The notes: generated by a model not told the origin, from the sequence alone. DNA of 64,000 nucleotides from Paramoeba atlantica (GCA_977017575.1 CDRNVI010000019.1:186001-250000), one strand, 5' to 3'. Shown: positions 10,333-20,813, numbered from the stretch's first letter. Made by a program: numbers and translations.

Positions 10333-10935
10333 TCAAGAGTGCTCTCTACGCTTTTTCACGTAATCAAGTACAAGAGAAATATCCCGCAATCCAAACAATC
10401 CGCCAATTATAGTGTTTTCGAACACGTACTGATTGTTGATCAATTCACCTTCTTTTTCATGTTCTGCAACACTCAGTTCTTCCTTCGTGACTCGAATGGC
10501 GTTAGCTATGGCTTTAGGCCCCACGAGAAGATTAAGGTGCCTAGAGATTTGAGAAAATTCAGTAGGAGATTCCAACTTTAGTGCCGTTCGATCGCAATGT
10601 CGAAACATGCTACGAAGGACCTCACCCAAAAAAGCGAAACGTTCAAAACTGGGTTCAGAATAACATTGGTTCCAAAAGGGTAGAGCTTCATGCATTTCAA
10701 CATCAGTTAAAACATTTCTGAGATATGGATGCAACATCTGGACTATATACTGTGCACGTCGATCAAGACCCACTTTAGAATTTGGTGTGGTTCTTAAAGT
10801 AGAACTAGGATGCAACAAGTCTTGTATGGACCCCAAATTATCAAGCAATTGCAAGAAGGTTCTCCCACGGTAGCTCATCGCGAAGCTGTTGGTAATATGA
10901 AAAAGTGCATTGAGATCAGAAGTCTTCCATTTCAA
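10333..10935 (-). CDS. Degenerate RNase III-like domain protein (KREPB- or mL44-like)
   Basis: SFERFAFLGEVL resembles the RNase III signature ERLEFLGD with D>E; VFENTIIGGLFG resembles ADVFEALIGA. The listed start is TTG; the first ATG is at MSYRGRTF. Confidence 0.5.
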   Translation of the reverse strand: MKWKTSDLNALFHITNSFAMSYRGRTFLQLLDNLGSIQDLLHPSSTLRTTPNSKVGLDRRAQYIVQMLHPYLRNVLTDVEMHEALPFWNQCYSEPSFERFAFLGEVLRSMFRHCDRTALKLESPTEFSQISRHLNLLVGPKAIANAIRVTKEELSVAEHEKEGELINNQYVFENTIIGGLFGLRDISLVLDYVKKRREHS

Positions 10936-11050
10936 ATAAAATTACAACAAAAAAAATATATAATTTGAATGAGGAGGGTCATACTGATGAGATACATCGT
11001 AGGAGCATCGCATAAATACTACACTATTAAAAGCTAACTCATCATTTCAA

Positions 11051-11626
11051 TTAGATTTTCCTACTCGAAATGCCAATTTTCCATGAATGAGGAGTCAGTG
11101 GAAAAATGCCTCTCTGAATCCCTCTAGACTTAAGTTTGCGATCCGCAGTAACAATAAATAAAGGGTGCCTGTTCTCTTTTTTTAAATGCAGAGCACAAGA
11201 AAGTATCCTATCATCTCCTTCTTCTTTGCTCATACCAGTTGATGCAATAGCTCGTGATTCAAAACTAAAATCCAATAAAAACCAATCGAGCTCCGAGAGA
11301 TTTTGCATTGCACTTTTCCATAATATTGGCTCGGGGCGTAATGAAGCATAAGCCTCTATTAGAGTGGTAGTAGGGAAAAATAGCTTTGTTGTTCTATTAC
11401 TGGATGAAATAAAGCAACTCTTGATGTCGTAGCTAAGAGAGGAAGTATCTGCAACATAAATAGACCCGCTTGACAGAAACCCCGGTTCGTCAACGCGGCT
11501 AATACAGCTTTCCGGCATATTAAGCTCTAATTTTTCGAGCAGCTGTGCCCGACGAGTAAGTACAGATAGCTTCATGGAGCGGTTCCAGAATATTTGTAGT
11601 TCCGAAAGCAGCTTTTTCGAAAGCAT
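11051..11626 (-). CDS. PIN-domain protein (SWT1/PIN_4-like C-terminal motifs)
   Basis: GDDRILSCAL...LFIVTADRKLKSRG..RGI is the typical PIN C-terminal motif pair; the first PIN Asp (DTN strand) is not evident. Confidence 0.55.
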   Translation of the reverse strand: MLSKKLLSELQIFWNRSMKLSVLTRRAQLLEKLELNMPESCISRVDEPGFLSSGSIYVADTSSLSYDIKSCFISSSNRTTKLFFPTTTLIEAYASLRPEPILWKSAMQNLSELDWFLLDFSFESRAIASTGMSKEEGDDRILSCALHLKKENRHPLFIVTADRKLKSRGIQRGIFPLTPHSWKIGISSRKI

Positions 11627-12213
11627 GTACTAAAGCAGATGTAGTAAACCTTTAGAAAGAAAGGTCAACAAGTTGTTTCTAATAATCCGCTTCAAAGTTT
11701 TGTAAAGAATTATTGAACAAAGAGTTCTCCTACTAAAAGACATGTAAAACTGCAAAAGACATGTAAAGTTAAGGTAGAAAGCGTTGTTTGTAGAAGCGTT
11801 GATTCTTTAGTGGCAACAATACATGCATGGATAATTAAATAGTTATAGAATAACTCCACTATTTACCGCAATGTTAAAATATTAAAGCACATTACATAAT
11901 GTGTATACTGCGCTCAGAAAATATAAAAAAACATTCAATCTAACGACAATCATATCTTCGAAAAATAAGAATAGCGCTCTTCGCGAAATAGACACCTGTA
12001 GTTGTGGAAGAAAACATCAATTACAACAATAATATCTAAAGGAATAAATGTATACTTAATTTATCTTTTGGAAGTACGAAAAAACATTCTTCACAATTGC
12101 ATATTGAAGAATCACACAAGCATTTGCTTCAATAGCTTGTGCGATGACCGGTTGTTCAAAGCGCCTCGCTATTCTTACAAAAGAATTGTTCTTATTATTC
12201 TTACAAAAACATG

Positions 12214-14409
12214 CTACAGCCGTTCTAAAACCTGGATACCTAAAAGATCAAGTGTGGTCCTAAGAACCAATCCACACACTTTAGTGAGAAGCAGCGCATC
12301 TGGGTTACCCACTATTTGCACTTTACCGTAGAAATCAGTAAACTTACATACAAGAAAATAGGCGAAGTCAGTAAGACGGGAGGGCATTAATTCTTCCATG
12401 CCACGCTGCAAGTGCGCTTGAAAGCGGCACAAATGAAGAGCAAGGACTCGAGCCGTGGGATGAGAAAGCCTAAACCCAGTTTTTGGCATCTGAGTACCTT
12501 TTCCGGCTTTCCGCATCACGCCCTTTATCCGTACATAAGAGTACAATAAGTAAAGTGCTGTGTTCCCTTCTAATTCACACATTTTGTCAAAACTAAATGC
12601 ATAGTTGCTCTTTCTGTTCTGTTTGAGGTCACAATACTTAATGGCAGAGATTCCTAACACTTCAGAATTGTGTTTAATTTGATCTTCAGAAAAGCCATGA
12701 GGGTTCGTATCCTCTCTTCGCTTTGTAATGTCGTAGCATCGGCCCACGGCTTCATCCATGAGGTCGTTCAAGCGGACGGTATCACTGCTCCGTGTGCGGA
12801 AGCGCTTTCCATCGAGCCCTGTGACTAATCCAAAACCGAGATGTGCCACAATGCATGACTTTGTCCACCCCATTTGGTCAGCCGCGGAGTTGATCAAATC
12901 GAAGTGCCCTGATTGGCCAACGTCTGTTATAACAATTACGCGATCCGCTTTTAAGACTTGGGACCGGTACCATATTGCGGCCATATCTGTTGTATCGTAC
13001 GTGTAACCACCGTCACGCTTTGCTACAATAAGAGGATAGGAAAACTGTGGTGCGTGCAAGACGTCGTCCTTCAAAACACCCTTATTTACAAAAAGCTGCA
13101 GGAGCGCGTTGTTCGTATCCTTGCCAGTGCCAAGAAAAGGGTGGCAAAGTTTAGCGAGCTTCTCACCGTCCACCTGCCAATCAATCTTTTCAATAGTTTT
13201 TCGTTCCTTTCCACCAAGACATATGGTTCCATCGGTCTCTATAATTCCGTGTTCCCTCATTATAGAGTGTAAACCATCTTCTTGGGCAAAATTCGCAAAA
13301 GAATATACAAACGAACGAATCAATTCGCTCTTTGTGGCTTCATCAATCGGAACCTTGGTCGTCGGCATTATGACCTTGGCACCATCTGACAGCTCTGTGA
13401 CCATCCCCGCATCTTGACACATTTGAAGTACTTGAGGAATCTTATCTCGGTAGAAGCTCTCTCCAAATTCCTTGAGTTCAATATTAAGACGATGATAAAC
13501 TTTTTCAAACTCCACGCGACTTGCGTCGCATAGAATATGCCAGGCAGCCACCGCTTCATTGTCACCTCGTTGTAAGGAAACGACCTCTGCATAAGCACGG
13601 GATCGAAACTCAGTGTCTGCGTCAAATTCCACTTTGGATTGCTTATAAAACGCTCCAAGATCTTGTATGGGTGGGGGATTTGTCAAACAATCAGGGTATT
13701 GCCTCTTGAGATATGCAATCAACATACCAAATTGCGTACCCCAATCACCAACATGATTGACCCGGTGAACATTGTGTCCACAAAACTCATACATGCGGCA
13801 TATGCAATCCCCAATGATGGTGGACCGAAGGTGTCCGACATGCATATCTTTCGCAATGTTGGGGCTACTGAAATCAACGACAACCGTTTCTTGCTTTGAC
13901 GTGGAGGTCTCAAGACCTTTCCGATTCAGTCGCATCATCGCATTGCAAAGATACTCAAGTGAAATATTGAAGTAAATAAAACCTCTTTCGTCAGTTGTCA
14001 CCCCTTCAAGAAACTCATTGTCCGGCAAGTGACCCACAATAGATTTCGCTACGGACTTTGCGGGCATTCCTAGTCGTTTCGCCAAAGTCATTGCATTGTT
14101 ACATTGGTAATCGCTAACCTTACTAGGAGCGAGCAGCACTTTTGGTAAATCTTCTCTCAAACTTGGAAAGGCGTTCGCAAAGGCTGATTCAAGAGTAGAG
14201 CATATCTTTTCTTCAACATGCTGATACCCATCCCGAGTCTTGCACTGCGCTGATTTCCTACCACAGCATGCTTGGAAGAAAGTAGCCAGAGTGTGCGTCA
14301 GACTCTGGAAGACTTTGCCGGACATTGATAGTTTAAGGAAAAATATAGGGGGGATCTTACGAACTATGAAAAACAACCGATAAGACAATTCAGCCAACGA
14401 TTGCGTCAT
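12214..14409 (-). CDS. RARS: Arginyl-tRNA synthetase
   Basis: DYQCNNAM, VVVDFSSPNIAKDMHVGHLRSTIIGD (HIGH), NHVGDWGTQFGMLI, GKRFRTRS (KMSKS-like) and GNTALYLLYSYVRI. Confidence 0.97.
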   Translation of the reverse strand: MTQSLAELSYRLFFIVRKIPPIFFLKLSMSGKVFQSLTHTLATFFQACCGRKSAQCKTRDGYQHVEEKICSTLESAFANAFPSLREDLPKVLLAPSKVSDYQCNNAMTLAKRLGMPAKSVAKSIVGHLPDNEFLEGVTTDERGFIYFNISLEYLCNAMMRLNRKGLETSTSKQETVVVDFSSPNIAKDMHVGHLRSTIIGDCICRMYEFCGHNVHRVNHVGDWGTQFGMLIAYLKRQYPDCLTNPPPIQDLGAFYKQSKVEFDADTEFRSRAYAEVVSLQRGDNEAVAAWHILCDASRVEFEKVYHRLNIELKEFGESFYRDKIPQVLQMCQDAGMVTELSDGAKVIMPTTKVPIDEATKSELIRSFVYSFANFAQEDGLHSIMREHGIIETDGTICLGGKERKTIEKIDWQVDGEKLAKLCHPFLGTGKDTNNALLQLFVNKGVLKDDVLHAPQFSYPLIVAKRDGGYTYDTTDMAAIWYRSQVLKADRVIVITDVGQSGHFDLINSAADQMGWTKSCIVAHLGFGLVTGLDGKRFRTRSSDTVRLNDLMDEAVGRCYDITKRREDTNPHGFSEDQIKHNSEVLGISAIKYCDLKQNRKSNYAFSFDKMCELEGNTALYLLYSYVRIKGVMRKAGKGTQMPKTGFRLSHPTARVLALHLCRFQAHLQRGMEELMPSRLTDFAYFLVCKFTDFYGKVQIVGNPDALLLTKVCGLVLRTTLDLLGIQVLERL

Positions 14410-14546
14410 ATTTTCATGCCCAACTATTCAACAAATACAAAGTTGTATGATATTCACCAAAAAATGTTTAATACCCGGATACGAGCTCCGTTACGACTTA
14501 GCCTATTCGTTAGTAAAAATATTGCATGTTAGTAATGCTTGTATGT

Positions 14547-14909
14547 CTACCAATGGTCCCTGTAGCCAAGTCTATAATTCCATCTATTAGTTTTACGGTA
14601 TTTTGCACGCACAGCCTGTATCTTCCGACTGGCATCCATAAAGTCACGCGGTGCCTTCATCTTCTCGCGCTGAAATCTCCACTTACGTTTAAAATAATAC
14701 CAATGAGCAAAACTTCGGCGTGAACAGGGGAACAAGGAGGACGCAGCCTTCCCATAATGGATCGAATGGACGAGCGAAGGCACCAAGCTACTGGAGTTGA
14801 AGCTTGCCTTCGAAAAATGACGCAGATAACATTTTAACATTATAATTATTGGGTCATAACAGGAGCTTTTTGTATGATAACCAATGTTATTGAAGAATAT
14901 TAGATACAA
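14547..14909 (-). CDS. Small basic hypothetical protein, likely mitochondrial
   Basis: Arg/Lys/aromatic-rich C-terminus (HWYYFKRKWRFQREK...RWNYRLGYRDHW); plausible start at MLKCYLRHFSK. Confidence 0.5.
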   Translation of the reverse strand: MYLIFFNNIGYHTKSSCYDPIIIMLKCYLRHFSKASFNSSSLVPSLVHSIHYGKAASSLFPCSRRSFAHWYYFKRKWRFQREKMKAPRDFMDASRKIQAVRAKYRKTNRWNYRLGYRDHW

Positions 14910-15128
14910 TCTATTTCACGCACGCTATGTGTATTATGATGCTTATACTAGATGGAGGTTTATGAGTATCCACAAAGTCTATTCAAATTTTCATTAAAAC
15001 GCTGTCAATGCTTTCTATCATACATACATGCATGTCACGCAATATCATACATCGAACCACCAGAGGTCTTTTGCGAACACCTCTACAAACCATGCCGTCT
15101 TCTTCTCCACAGAAAGTATTTACATAGT

Positions 15129-15614
15129 TTATGAAGTCTGCGTCCCTTGTAACGCCATCTTATCAATAATTTTTACACATTTTTCCAGACTGTGGGCGTA
15201 CGCCTCTCGACACTGCAGTAAGACTACACTGGTAGGTCGACGCGAACCAGCAGCAAACCCCAGATCCCTTCGGCTGGGAACCCAAACGTAAGACAGTCCG
15301 GCTTGTTCCGCAAGCACGGGAATATGCGACACTACGTCGTACGGGGAGGTATCTGCGCCGAGTAGCACGATCGATCCAGGAGGGATGGATGCGGCTCCAG
15401 GCTTCTTGTTTGTTGCAGTAGTCAGTCGAATTAGTTTTGTTACCTCTTTGATACCTTTGGGCACACCCCGCTTTTTGTTACGCTGGCGCGCTTCCTCCTG
15501 CACAGCCTCATGACATTTATGGACAAGGGAGTACAACTTTGCAGTGAGCTTCGGGTGAGTGTCGGAAAAAGGATAGGAAATCGGGCAACGATACTGTTCT
15601 AACGTTTCTGTCAT
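15129..15614 (-). CDS. NHP2: H/ACA snoRNP subunit NHP2 (L7Ae family)
   Basis: CPISYP, KGIKEVTKLIR and IVLLGADTSPYDVVSHIPVLAEQAGLSYVWVPSRRDLGFAAGSRRPTSVVLL. Confidence 0.88.
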   Translation of the reverse strand: MTETLEQYRCPISYPFSDTHPKLTAKLYSLVHKCHEAVQEEARQRNKKRGVPKGIKEVTKLIRLTTATNKKPGAASIPPGSIVLLGADTSPYDVVSHIPVLAEQAGLSYVWVPSRRDLGFAAGSRRPTSVVLLQCREAYAHSLEKCVKIIDKMALQGTQTS

Positions 15615-15775
15615 GTATATTTAGAGCGAATGAAAGAAAAGGACGATTTGGGAATCTTGTTTTATAGAAAATGTTTCAGTAACACGGAAACTATTGTATA
15701 GCCGAAAACACAGTAATACAAATATAGTATGTGTATTTCATGCAGACATTCTCATCGGAGTTATCCTGTCCTTCC

Positions 15776-17365
15776 TTACTCACCCGAAGACGACCAAAGT
15801 GGGGGCAAAATTTCTATTCGGTGTTCCAACCATGATAACGCCACCTCACGGTACGACAGCTCATGAAACGACGGGTGCGGAATACGAGCCCCGTGAGGAG
15901 CCGTTCTAAATTTTGTTCCGTCGGGCTTGTCCCTTGTACTGGATGGCGCAGCTGAATTCTCATCCTCATGCGACACACACGATGACGAAAAAACTTGTCC
16001 AGAGGGCTCCTCGACTGTATCGGGACGAAACACAACGGGAACAAACCCACGAGATTTGGGGACTCCCTCATACGTCTTGGAAGTATTCCCATAGGGATTC
16101 CCAGGTAAATCCAGACCTTCTTTGGGCGGCCTCTCAGGAATTCGCCTCGAATTCTGCAAGGAGGGAAGACAGCGGGCAATGTACGGCTGCGGGCCTACCA
16201 AAGAGGCCAATGGTATCTCCCCCCGCAGCTTTTGTCGCAGTGCCACAATCCGTTCCGTGGTGGGACCTAGATAAGACAGCAGCACTAGAGCCACGAGAAG
16301 ATTGCGACAGTGAGTGGCGAGGGAGGCGAGATGTTGGTGGTCCTCTGTGGGGGGAGCGGGCATGACAGAACTGCTCACATTCACTTGACACCCCCAGAGG
16401 AAAATCTCCAGCTCCCCCACCATGGCCTCCACGACGTCGCTTTTTCCTTTGCTCATCACTTTATGGGCGTCCGCGACCAGTAGGTCCAGTCGCGCAAAGT
16501 CGTACGTGAACTCGAGATGGGGATTTCCGTAGAGAACCCCAATCAAGGGCCCGAGCGAGTTAAACGCGGAGATGCCTTCTGTTTGTGTATCGAACGCATT
16601 CGAGACCATATCCCACAACACCGTTGGAATCACCAGATCCCCCACCCACTCCGCCTGGTCAAACTCAAACGACCTTCCGGTGCTGTAATCCACACTGTGA
16701 CGCAACACCCCCTGGTCCTTCAACAGCCCCGCGATCTTTCGGAACCGCCCACACAGCTCCTGCAAATTCACCGCCACCCCCGCCGGCAGCGTCCCCCCGG
16801 GCCCCCGCACCAGCACCGCGTACACCCACTCCTCCAGCAGCGAGTACGCCGAGCGCCCCCCGTGGTACTCCATCACCAGACAGAACAGGTTCTCGCTGAG
16901 GCGGTGCTTCCCCCACACCGCGTGGAGCGCAAAGTCCTCGACGTGGCGCAGCGGCTCCCCGCACAGGCGGCACTGGGCGCCGTCGAAGAGGGCCTCCGCG
17001 GTGAGCCGCGGGCGGTGCTTGAAGTAGAGCGCGCTGATGGAGCAGGGCGCGGGTCGGGCCCTGCCGGCCTCCTCGCGGAGCAGCGTGAAGCTCTCGCGGG
17101 AGGCCTCCGCGGTGTGGGAGAGGCCGGAGAGGAGGGAGGCGGTGGCGCGGGGGGGAGCGGACCGGGCGTGGGCGAGGGAGGCGGCGAGGGCGTGGGGGGA
17201 GGCGGTGGGGGGAAAGGAGGGGGGGCCGGTGCCGAAGGGGGCGAGGGTTTGTCGGAAAAGGGTGGTGGAGGAAGGCCGCGTGGGGGGTGGGGGGTGGAGG
17301 AGACGGGAGATGTAAAAAGGTCGAGCGCATGTCGACGAATAGGGGCCATGGGATAGGTGTTTCAT
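15776..17365 (-). CDS. KREN: KREN-type RNA-editing endonuclease (U1-like Zn finger + RNase III)
   Basis: CRLC-x12-H-x5-H zinc finger, then AEWVGD (= LEFLGD signature) and KGKSDVVEAMVGEL (= ADVVEALIG). All four acidic RNase III residues are present; presequence-like N-terminus. The paralogue (KREN1/2/3) cannot be assigned. Confidence 0.75.
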   Translation of the reverse strand: MKHLSHGPYSSTCARPFYISRLLHPPPPTRPSSTTLFRQTLAPFGTGPPSFPPTASPHALAASLAHARSAPPRATASLLSGLSHTAEASRESFTLLREEAGRARPAPCSISALYFKHRPRLTAEALFDGAQCRLCGEPLRHVEDFALHAVWGKHRLSENLFCLVMEYHGGRSAYSLLEEWVYAVLVRGPGGTLPAGVAVNLQELCGRFRKIAGLLKDQGVLRHSVDYSTGRSFEFDQAEWVGDLVIPTVLWDMVSNAFDTQTEGISAFNSLGPLIGVLYGNPHLEFTYDFARLDLLVADAHKVMSKGKSDVVEAMVGELEIFLWGCQVNVSSSVMPAPPTEDHQHLASLATHCRNLLVALVLLSYLGPTTERIVALRQKLRGEIPLASLVGPQPYIARCLPSLQNSRRIPERPPKEGLDLPGNPYGNTSKTYEGVPKSRGFVPVVFRPDTVEEPSGQVFSSSCVSHEDENSAAPSSTRDKPDGTKFRTAPHGARIPHPSFHELSYREVALSWLEHRIEILPPLWSSSGE

Positions 17366-17618
17366 TTTGTATGGTAAAGTTAAGCCATGGGAGGGTTGTG
17401 GAATTCATCAAGAGGAGTGTTCGATGCTTTGCCCATCATGACACGATGACCTTAGAGGTCGAATATCCGGTTTAGCATATGATTTTCAAGGAGTTGTTCG
17501 GAAAAATGCTCCCATCATGTGCGCCTGAACGAAGCAGGTAGATATCCTAGATGAAAGTCCTAATTGTTGTACAATGAATGGTGTGCGAGTTCTAAAGTAG
17601 TTCTAAAGTCTTTAGCGC

Positions 17619-17680
17619 TACCTCTTTAAAAAAGAGGTATAATAAAAACTAAAATAATAGGTACCTCTTTTAAAGAGGTA
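17619..17680. repeat. Two TA-bounded mini-palindromes TACCTCTTT(N)AAAGAGGTA
   Basis: 17619-17639 tacctctttaaaaaagaggta and 17662-17680 tacctcttttaaagaggta. Confidence 0.85.
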
Positions 17681-17817
17681 TTATCCCCCTCATCACTTAC
17701 AGCAGTACTGTTATGTTACAATAGCATACATGTGAGTACATGTGTTAAACAATCCGCTTAATTGACAACTTAGTAAATCTGCAGCAGCGTAGAGCATCAG
17801 TAAGAGTAGCAAACAAT

Positions 17818-19101
17818 TCAATTTTTCTTTTCCATTGGCGTAGACAATAACGAGTAATAGTCTTCGGTTAAATCCAAAACCCTTTGCTTGGTTCTATGTT
17901 TCAACGCAGAATGATGTGCTTCCCCTAAGGTTCCAGAATTCAGACTCGATATCACGTTTATGGAAGTCGCATGAGAGGCTGGTAAAAGTCGCTCATCATG
18001 GAACCATGCGGTGTGAGTTCGTTTTTTCGTTGTATCGTAGTGCACACGATGTGAGGGATGTTGTCTCGTACGCTTTCGGTCGACGGCTTCGGCAGCAGCG
18101 TCGTTCGGATACTGACATACCAAGGCGGCTCCGTTCCCAAACCCAGGCAAGGCTATTTCCTTATCTGTCACTTTTAACCGTTGTGAAGAGAATCGATTAT
18201 CATCATACAAATTCGTGTTTATGGTTCCTTTCAACTGTAGCCAAATGGCGCTTCCATTTTTTTGATTTTTAGCGCCTTCAACAAAATAATATACATGACG
18301 GAAACGGCTCTGGCATTGTAACCAAAATTCTCGTGCTTCTGGACTGTCCCACAAAGAGCAGCATACAACTGTGGAAGGCATCCAGTATTTCCTACTCACA
18401 TTGAAACAGCTGCGCGTTGCGCGAACCGCTTCAAAACTTGCATGTGATGGAAACGAGTTGTGGAAGAACATTTCGCGCATATCGCATATCACGTTGCTAA
18501 TACCTCTATTCGGATGACACACATTGCCATGTAAATAAGCTGTTTCAACATCTGAACTGCGAGTCGGTTGGTAAGGGAGAATGGGAATTCCAGCCTCTTG
18601 CAGGAGTGAAGCAAATTTGATATCGGACTTCTCTTCCGTAACATCCATTTGCAGGAATTCGCATAGTGAGGGAAGATCCGCGGAACTCATAGATTTGCGA
18701 TCAACACAGATTATGACAGGGAGAACCTCAGTAGCGTGATTCCAACTATCTTTATCATGCTTGTTGCGCATCGAGCTTCTTGATTGGTACTTTGTGGATT
18801 GAATTTGAGACACTATGCGCTGCGTCAACACTCCAGGACGCGCACCAAATTCTACTATTGCATGAACGGGCTTCCTGGGCATGTCCGGTTCAGGCGAATC
18901 CATGAGACTTGATGCTCCTTTCAGTCCGGTTTGCGTGGGATAGCGACGTTGCTGACGCCTTGTTTCTTTGGTGTGCGACCTTTTGGAGAATAGGTATGGA
19001 AATAGGATTTCGTGCGGCGAAAGTATTGAGTACTTGGAAACTAATTCCTCTATATTAAAAAATGGGACTTCGCTCATTCGGATAGGAGGTCGTATTCGCA
19101 T
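17818..19101 (-). CDS. FtsJ/RrmJ (MRM2)-like methyltransferase-fold protein, divergent
   Basis: AIVEFGARPGVLTQRI resembles VLDLGAAPGGWSQ; IICVDRK, FLQMDVT and NVICDM follow in the expected order. Confidence 0.6.
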   Translation of the reverse strand: MRIRPPIRMSEVPFFNIEELVSKYSILSPHEILFPYLFSKRSHTKETRRQQRRYPTQTGLKGASSLMDSPEPDMPRKPVHAIVEFGARPGVLTQRIVSQIQSTKYQSRSSMRNKHDKDSWNHATEVLPVIICVDRKSMSSADLPSLCEFLQMDVTEEKSDIKFASLLQEAGIPILPYQPTRSSDVETAYLHGNVCHPNRGISNVICDMREMFFHNSFPSHASFEAVRATRSCFNVSRKYWMPSTVVCCSLWDSPEAREFWLQCQSRFRHVYYFVEGAKNQKNGSAIWLQLKGTINTNLYDDNRFSSQRLKVTDKEIALPGFGNGAALVCQYPNDAAAEAVDRKRTRQHPSHRVHYDTTKKRTHTAWFHDERLLPASHATSINVISSLNSGTLGEAHHSALKHRTKQRVLDLTEDYYSLLSTPMEKKN

Positions 19102-19589
19102 GTTGCTATTACAACGAATAAAAAGTCATGTGAAAAGAAGTCTTAGACTACGTACACTGTAGTACTGCCACCCTATTTTTGCCATAGTGTGCTCATTTAA
19201 GGATATAAAATTGATCCAATAGTCTATTTGACGAATAGAACTAAGTGAAGTGGTAGAAGTGATGCATTCCCTTAAGACTACATACCTAACGCGTTGCTTC
19301 TGGCAATGCATTCCCCATAAACAGTTATTTGCAGCTCTCGGTAGTCCTGCGTACAAGTATACAAGTAGTTGTTGAGTATAGGTATAACATTCGTCAATTC
19401 TTGGTACTATCAATTCATACAGTTAAACCTTTGTAATGACACGATATAATACAATACGCATACATGCGTGCATAATGCATTACTGTTACTGTATTAAAAT
19501 TGCTACGTTATAATAAAATACATATTAACGGTAAGTGTACACCTACGCAAGAGCGTACACTTTGGACACGCTTCTCAAAACCAGAAAGA

Positions 19590-20813
19590 TCACACTTTTT
19601 TTACAATCTGAACCACGTCTTCATCTTCTAGCTTGTGATCTTTACCGACTTTCTGAGGGTTGTGCCTCACGCTTCGGCCCCATACCCATGCGTATCGAAA
19701 GTTTTGCATCATTTGTTTGTGAATTTTCTGACAAAAGGTCTCCAAAGTTGGTTGGGGACTCGCTTTCAGGACTACAGGTGCTGCATAATCCGGAATATTG
19801 CCCTTCGGTTTTGGATACACGCGGCATAGATGAAGGTGCTCCCAAATGCAGTCCATAAGCCCATCCAGGTTCCACTCATGATGGGCACTGATTGGGCAGT
19901 TGTGCGGCATACGGGCGATAATATCCAACTCCTCGATTGTAATCGAGTCAATCTTATTCATGACATAGATGGCAGGAACATACACTATGCGGCTTCCCCT
20001 CATGGTGGCGTCACTGGAGGAGACGTTATGCGCACCGCTCTCTAACACATCCACGAGTTGATCTACCGTGTAATCGCCCCGAATAACAACATCCACGGAG
20101 GCTAACTTGTACTCCGCCAGGACTGATTTAATCGCCTCTTCTGTGAGATACGTCAGCGAACAGGTCGAAGTGACGGTGATTCCTCCACGATCCTTTTTTC
20201 GCACCGTGATGTCCGGACGAGACTGATTCAGCCGAATGCCAAATCCCTCGAGCTCACGCTCAATAATCAGTTTGTGCTGCAGTGGCTTTGCGACGTCAAG
20301 CACAATCAGAAGCAAAGAACAGGTGCGGGCAGTAGCAATGACCTGACGCCCACGACCCTTCCCATCCTTCGCGCCTTCAATAATCCCCGGAAGGTCAAGC
20401 ATTTGTATTTTCGCTCCATTGTGAGTGACAATTCCAGGCACGCAGGTTAGTGTGGTAAACTCATACGCCGCAACCTCGCTAAAAGAGGACGTTAATTTGT
20501 TGAGTAGCGTGCTTTTGCCTACACTGGGAAATCCCACAAATCCGACCCGAGCGTCGCCCGTTTTCGACACGTCAAATCCGGGCATCTTACCCCCACCACT
20601 GGACTTGGCGTCTTGTGCCATCAGGTCCCGCTTCAAAGAGGCGAGTCTTGCTTTTAACTGCCCAATGTGGCCCATAGTAGCCTTGTTCTTCTGTGTGCGG
20701 GCCATCTCCGCTTCAATATCCGCAATCTTCTGCAAAACGCTCATGAGAAGAAACGAAGCTTGAAATATTAAGATTGATCTTTCCATAAAACATATAGTTG
20801 AATATTCCAACAA
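19590..20813 (-). CDS. DRG1: Developmentally regulated GTP-binding protein (DRG1-like)
   Basis: [53 protein letters not shown] and a C-terminal TGS domain; the likely start is MSVLQKI. Confidence 0.96.
   Translation of the reverse strand: MLEYSTICFMERSILIFQASFLLMSVLQKIADIEAEMARTQKNKATMGHIGQLKARLASLKRDLMAQDAKSSGGGKMPGFDVSKTGDARVGFVGFPSVGKSTLLNKLTSSFSEVAAYEFTTLTCVPGIVTHNGAKIQMLDLPGIIEGAKDGKGRGRQVIATARTCSLLLIVLDVAKPLQHKLIIERELEGFGIRLNQSRPDITVRKKDRGGITVTSTCSLTYLTEEAIKSVLAEYKLASVDVVIRGDYTVDQLVDVLESGAHNVSSSDATMRGSRIVYVPAIYVMNKIDSITIEELDIIARMPHNCPISAHHEWNLDGLMDCIWEHLHLCRVYPKPKGNIPDYAAPVVLKASPQPTLETFCQKIHKQMMQNFRYAWVWGRSVRHNPQKVGKDHKLEDEDVVQIVKKV

Noticed and set aside
16517-17411. ORFs of 150-280 aa overlapping the KREN gene
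   Set aside because: Antisense or alternative-frame shadows in a GC island.
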